NCBI GenBank assembly: GCA_017629115.1
Contig: JAGBXV010000050.1
Span: 1-38,871, forward strand
Length of the DNA: 38,871 nt
Direction: 5' to 3'
Source: Clostridia bacterium
Lineage (GTDB): Bacteria; Bacillota; Clostridia; UBA1381; UBA9506
Notes under the pieces: model-generated
What the model saw: the letters and a program-made list of their open reading frames with translations, nothing else
Told to the model about the DNA's origin: nothing
Databases searched by the model: none
Program-made: the position numbers and the translations under genes
Shown: positions 37,664-38,871 of the stretch, piece after piece
Layout of the letters: every line of letters begins with the position of its first letter
Numbering within the stretch: position 1 is the first letter of the stretch

Positions 37664-37691
37664 AAGCACACGGGCAATGCCGTGTGCTTTT
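37664..37691 (+). terminator. intrinsic terminator after the EF-G paralogue
   Basis: aaagcacacgg-gcaatg-ccgtgtgctttt. Confidence 0.8.
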
Positions 37692-38069
37692 CTATTAGAT
37701 GCTTTTGATTATGAACGACTGTCTCCTCTCGCTGTATACACATACAGCTTCGGACTCCATTCGTCCATTCTGAACAATTTTATCTCAGCCTTATGCGGCT
37801 GGTTAAAGCCTTATTATAGGACGCAATTATTTGCGAATCCCGTTTTTTGAATAACAGCGTTCATATAATTTTATTTATAGAATATATTTTGAATAATCAC
37901 AAATAATATAGCATTATTTATTTATATTATCAAAAAACACAAACATACAAAAAAAGCAGCTTGTTTTTTTATTTAAATTACTTATCTTATAAACAACAAA
38001 TAAAAAAATGCTTGATTTTTAATTTGTTTTGTGATAAAATGTGTTTTATTATTAAGCGGAGGTGGTTTT

Positions 38070-38871
38070 ATGCCTTATGAGGAACTAAAAAACTTGTATT
38101 ATGGAGATAATGAAAATTATGCTCAGGAATACATGAAAAGATTCAGTTCTGAGGAAACCGTAAAAATCAATTTTTATATTGGAGAGAACCAAGCATTTTT
38201 TTTAAAGAATGCAGAAGTAATGACAATTGCGTACGAAATTTCTAAATTAAACAATAAAATAAGTGAATTATGCCGTATGTTACCTGGTATAGCAATTGGG
38301 CAATATTCAAAAAAATGTTTAATAGATGAGATAGTAATAACAAATAAAATCGAAGGAGTTCACAGTAGCAGAAAAGAAATAGGTGAGGCGTTGGATGTAC
38401 TTGAAACTCAATCAAAAAATAAGGGGAAGCACCAACGGTTTATAGGATTAGTTAATAAGTATCTGAAATTAATTAATAATGAACCTGTATCATTAAAAAC
38501 ATGCGAAGAAATAAGAGATATATACGATGAAATTTTTCTTGAAGAAGTAATCAGTGAAGATCCCAACAACAAGCCTGACGGTAAAATTTTCAGAAAAGGC
38601 TCTGTTTCTGTTCATAGTGAAACAGATAAGGTGATACACACAGGGTTAACACCTGAAAAGAAAATAATTGAATCAATGATGAATGCACTTAATTTTTTAA
38701 ATGATGATTCTATAGAAAGCTTGTTTAGAATTTGTATTTTTCATTACCTAATAGAGTACATTCATCCATTTTATGATGGTAACGGTAGATTGGGAAGATT
38801 TATATTAAGTTATGGTATTTCTAATACACTAACGCCTTTAATTTCATTTAGAATTTCAGAAACAATAAAAG
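38070..38871 (+). CDS. Fic family protein (3' end lies outside the window)
   Basis: GGAGG RBS, ATG at 38070, open to the window edge, HPFYDGNGRLGR Fic motif near 38763; absent from the ORF track because it has no stop. Confidence 0.88.
   Translation, partial: MPYEELKNLYYGDNENYAQEYMKRFSSEETVKINFYIGENQAFFLKNAEVMTIAYEISKLNNKISELCRMLPGIAIGQYSKKCLIDEIVITNKIEGVHSSRKEIGEALDVLETQSKNKGKHQRFIGLVNKYLKLINNEPVSLKTCEEIRDIYDEIFLEEVISEDPNNKPDGKIFRKGSVSVHSETDKVIHTGLTPEKKIIESMMNALNFLNDDSIESLFRICIFHYLIEYIHPFYDGNGRLGRFILSYGISNTLTPLISFRISETIK

Overview
Chromosomal window from a low-GC Firmicute (Clostridia-like), most likely spanning the replication origin. It carries core genes (dnaX, ybaB, darA, holB, yaaT, sua5, rimI, tsaD, mltG, recA, cinA, ymdB, rny, cca, dnaN, rnmV, greA, parA/soj, parB/spo0J, an EF-G paralogue), a THF riboswitch ahead of folT, a LexA box at recA, three parS-like sites, and an oriC-like region (DnaA-box variants plus DnaA-trios) upstream of dnaN with no dnaA gene beside it. 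The most unusual feature is a three-part cassette present twice (17562-18497 and 26331-27274). Each copy has a 372-bp GC-rich fold-back element (about 93% identical between copies by hand alignment). Next comes a sigma-A promoter driving a ~160-nt RNA whose sequence has diverged but whose predicted structure and terminator are conserved. Last comes a ~105-aa protein of unknown function (about 59% identical between copies). All identity values are hand counts; no database searches were run.
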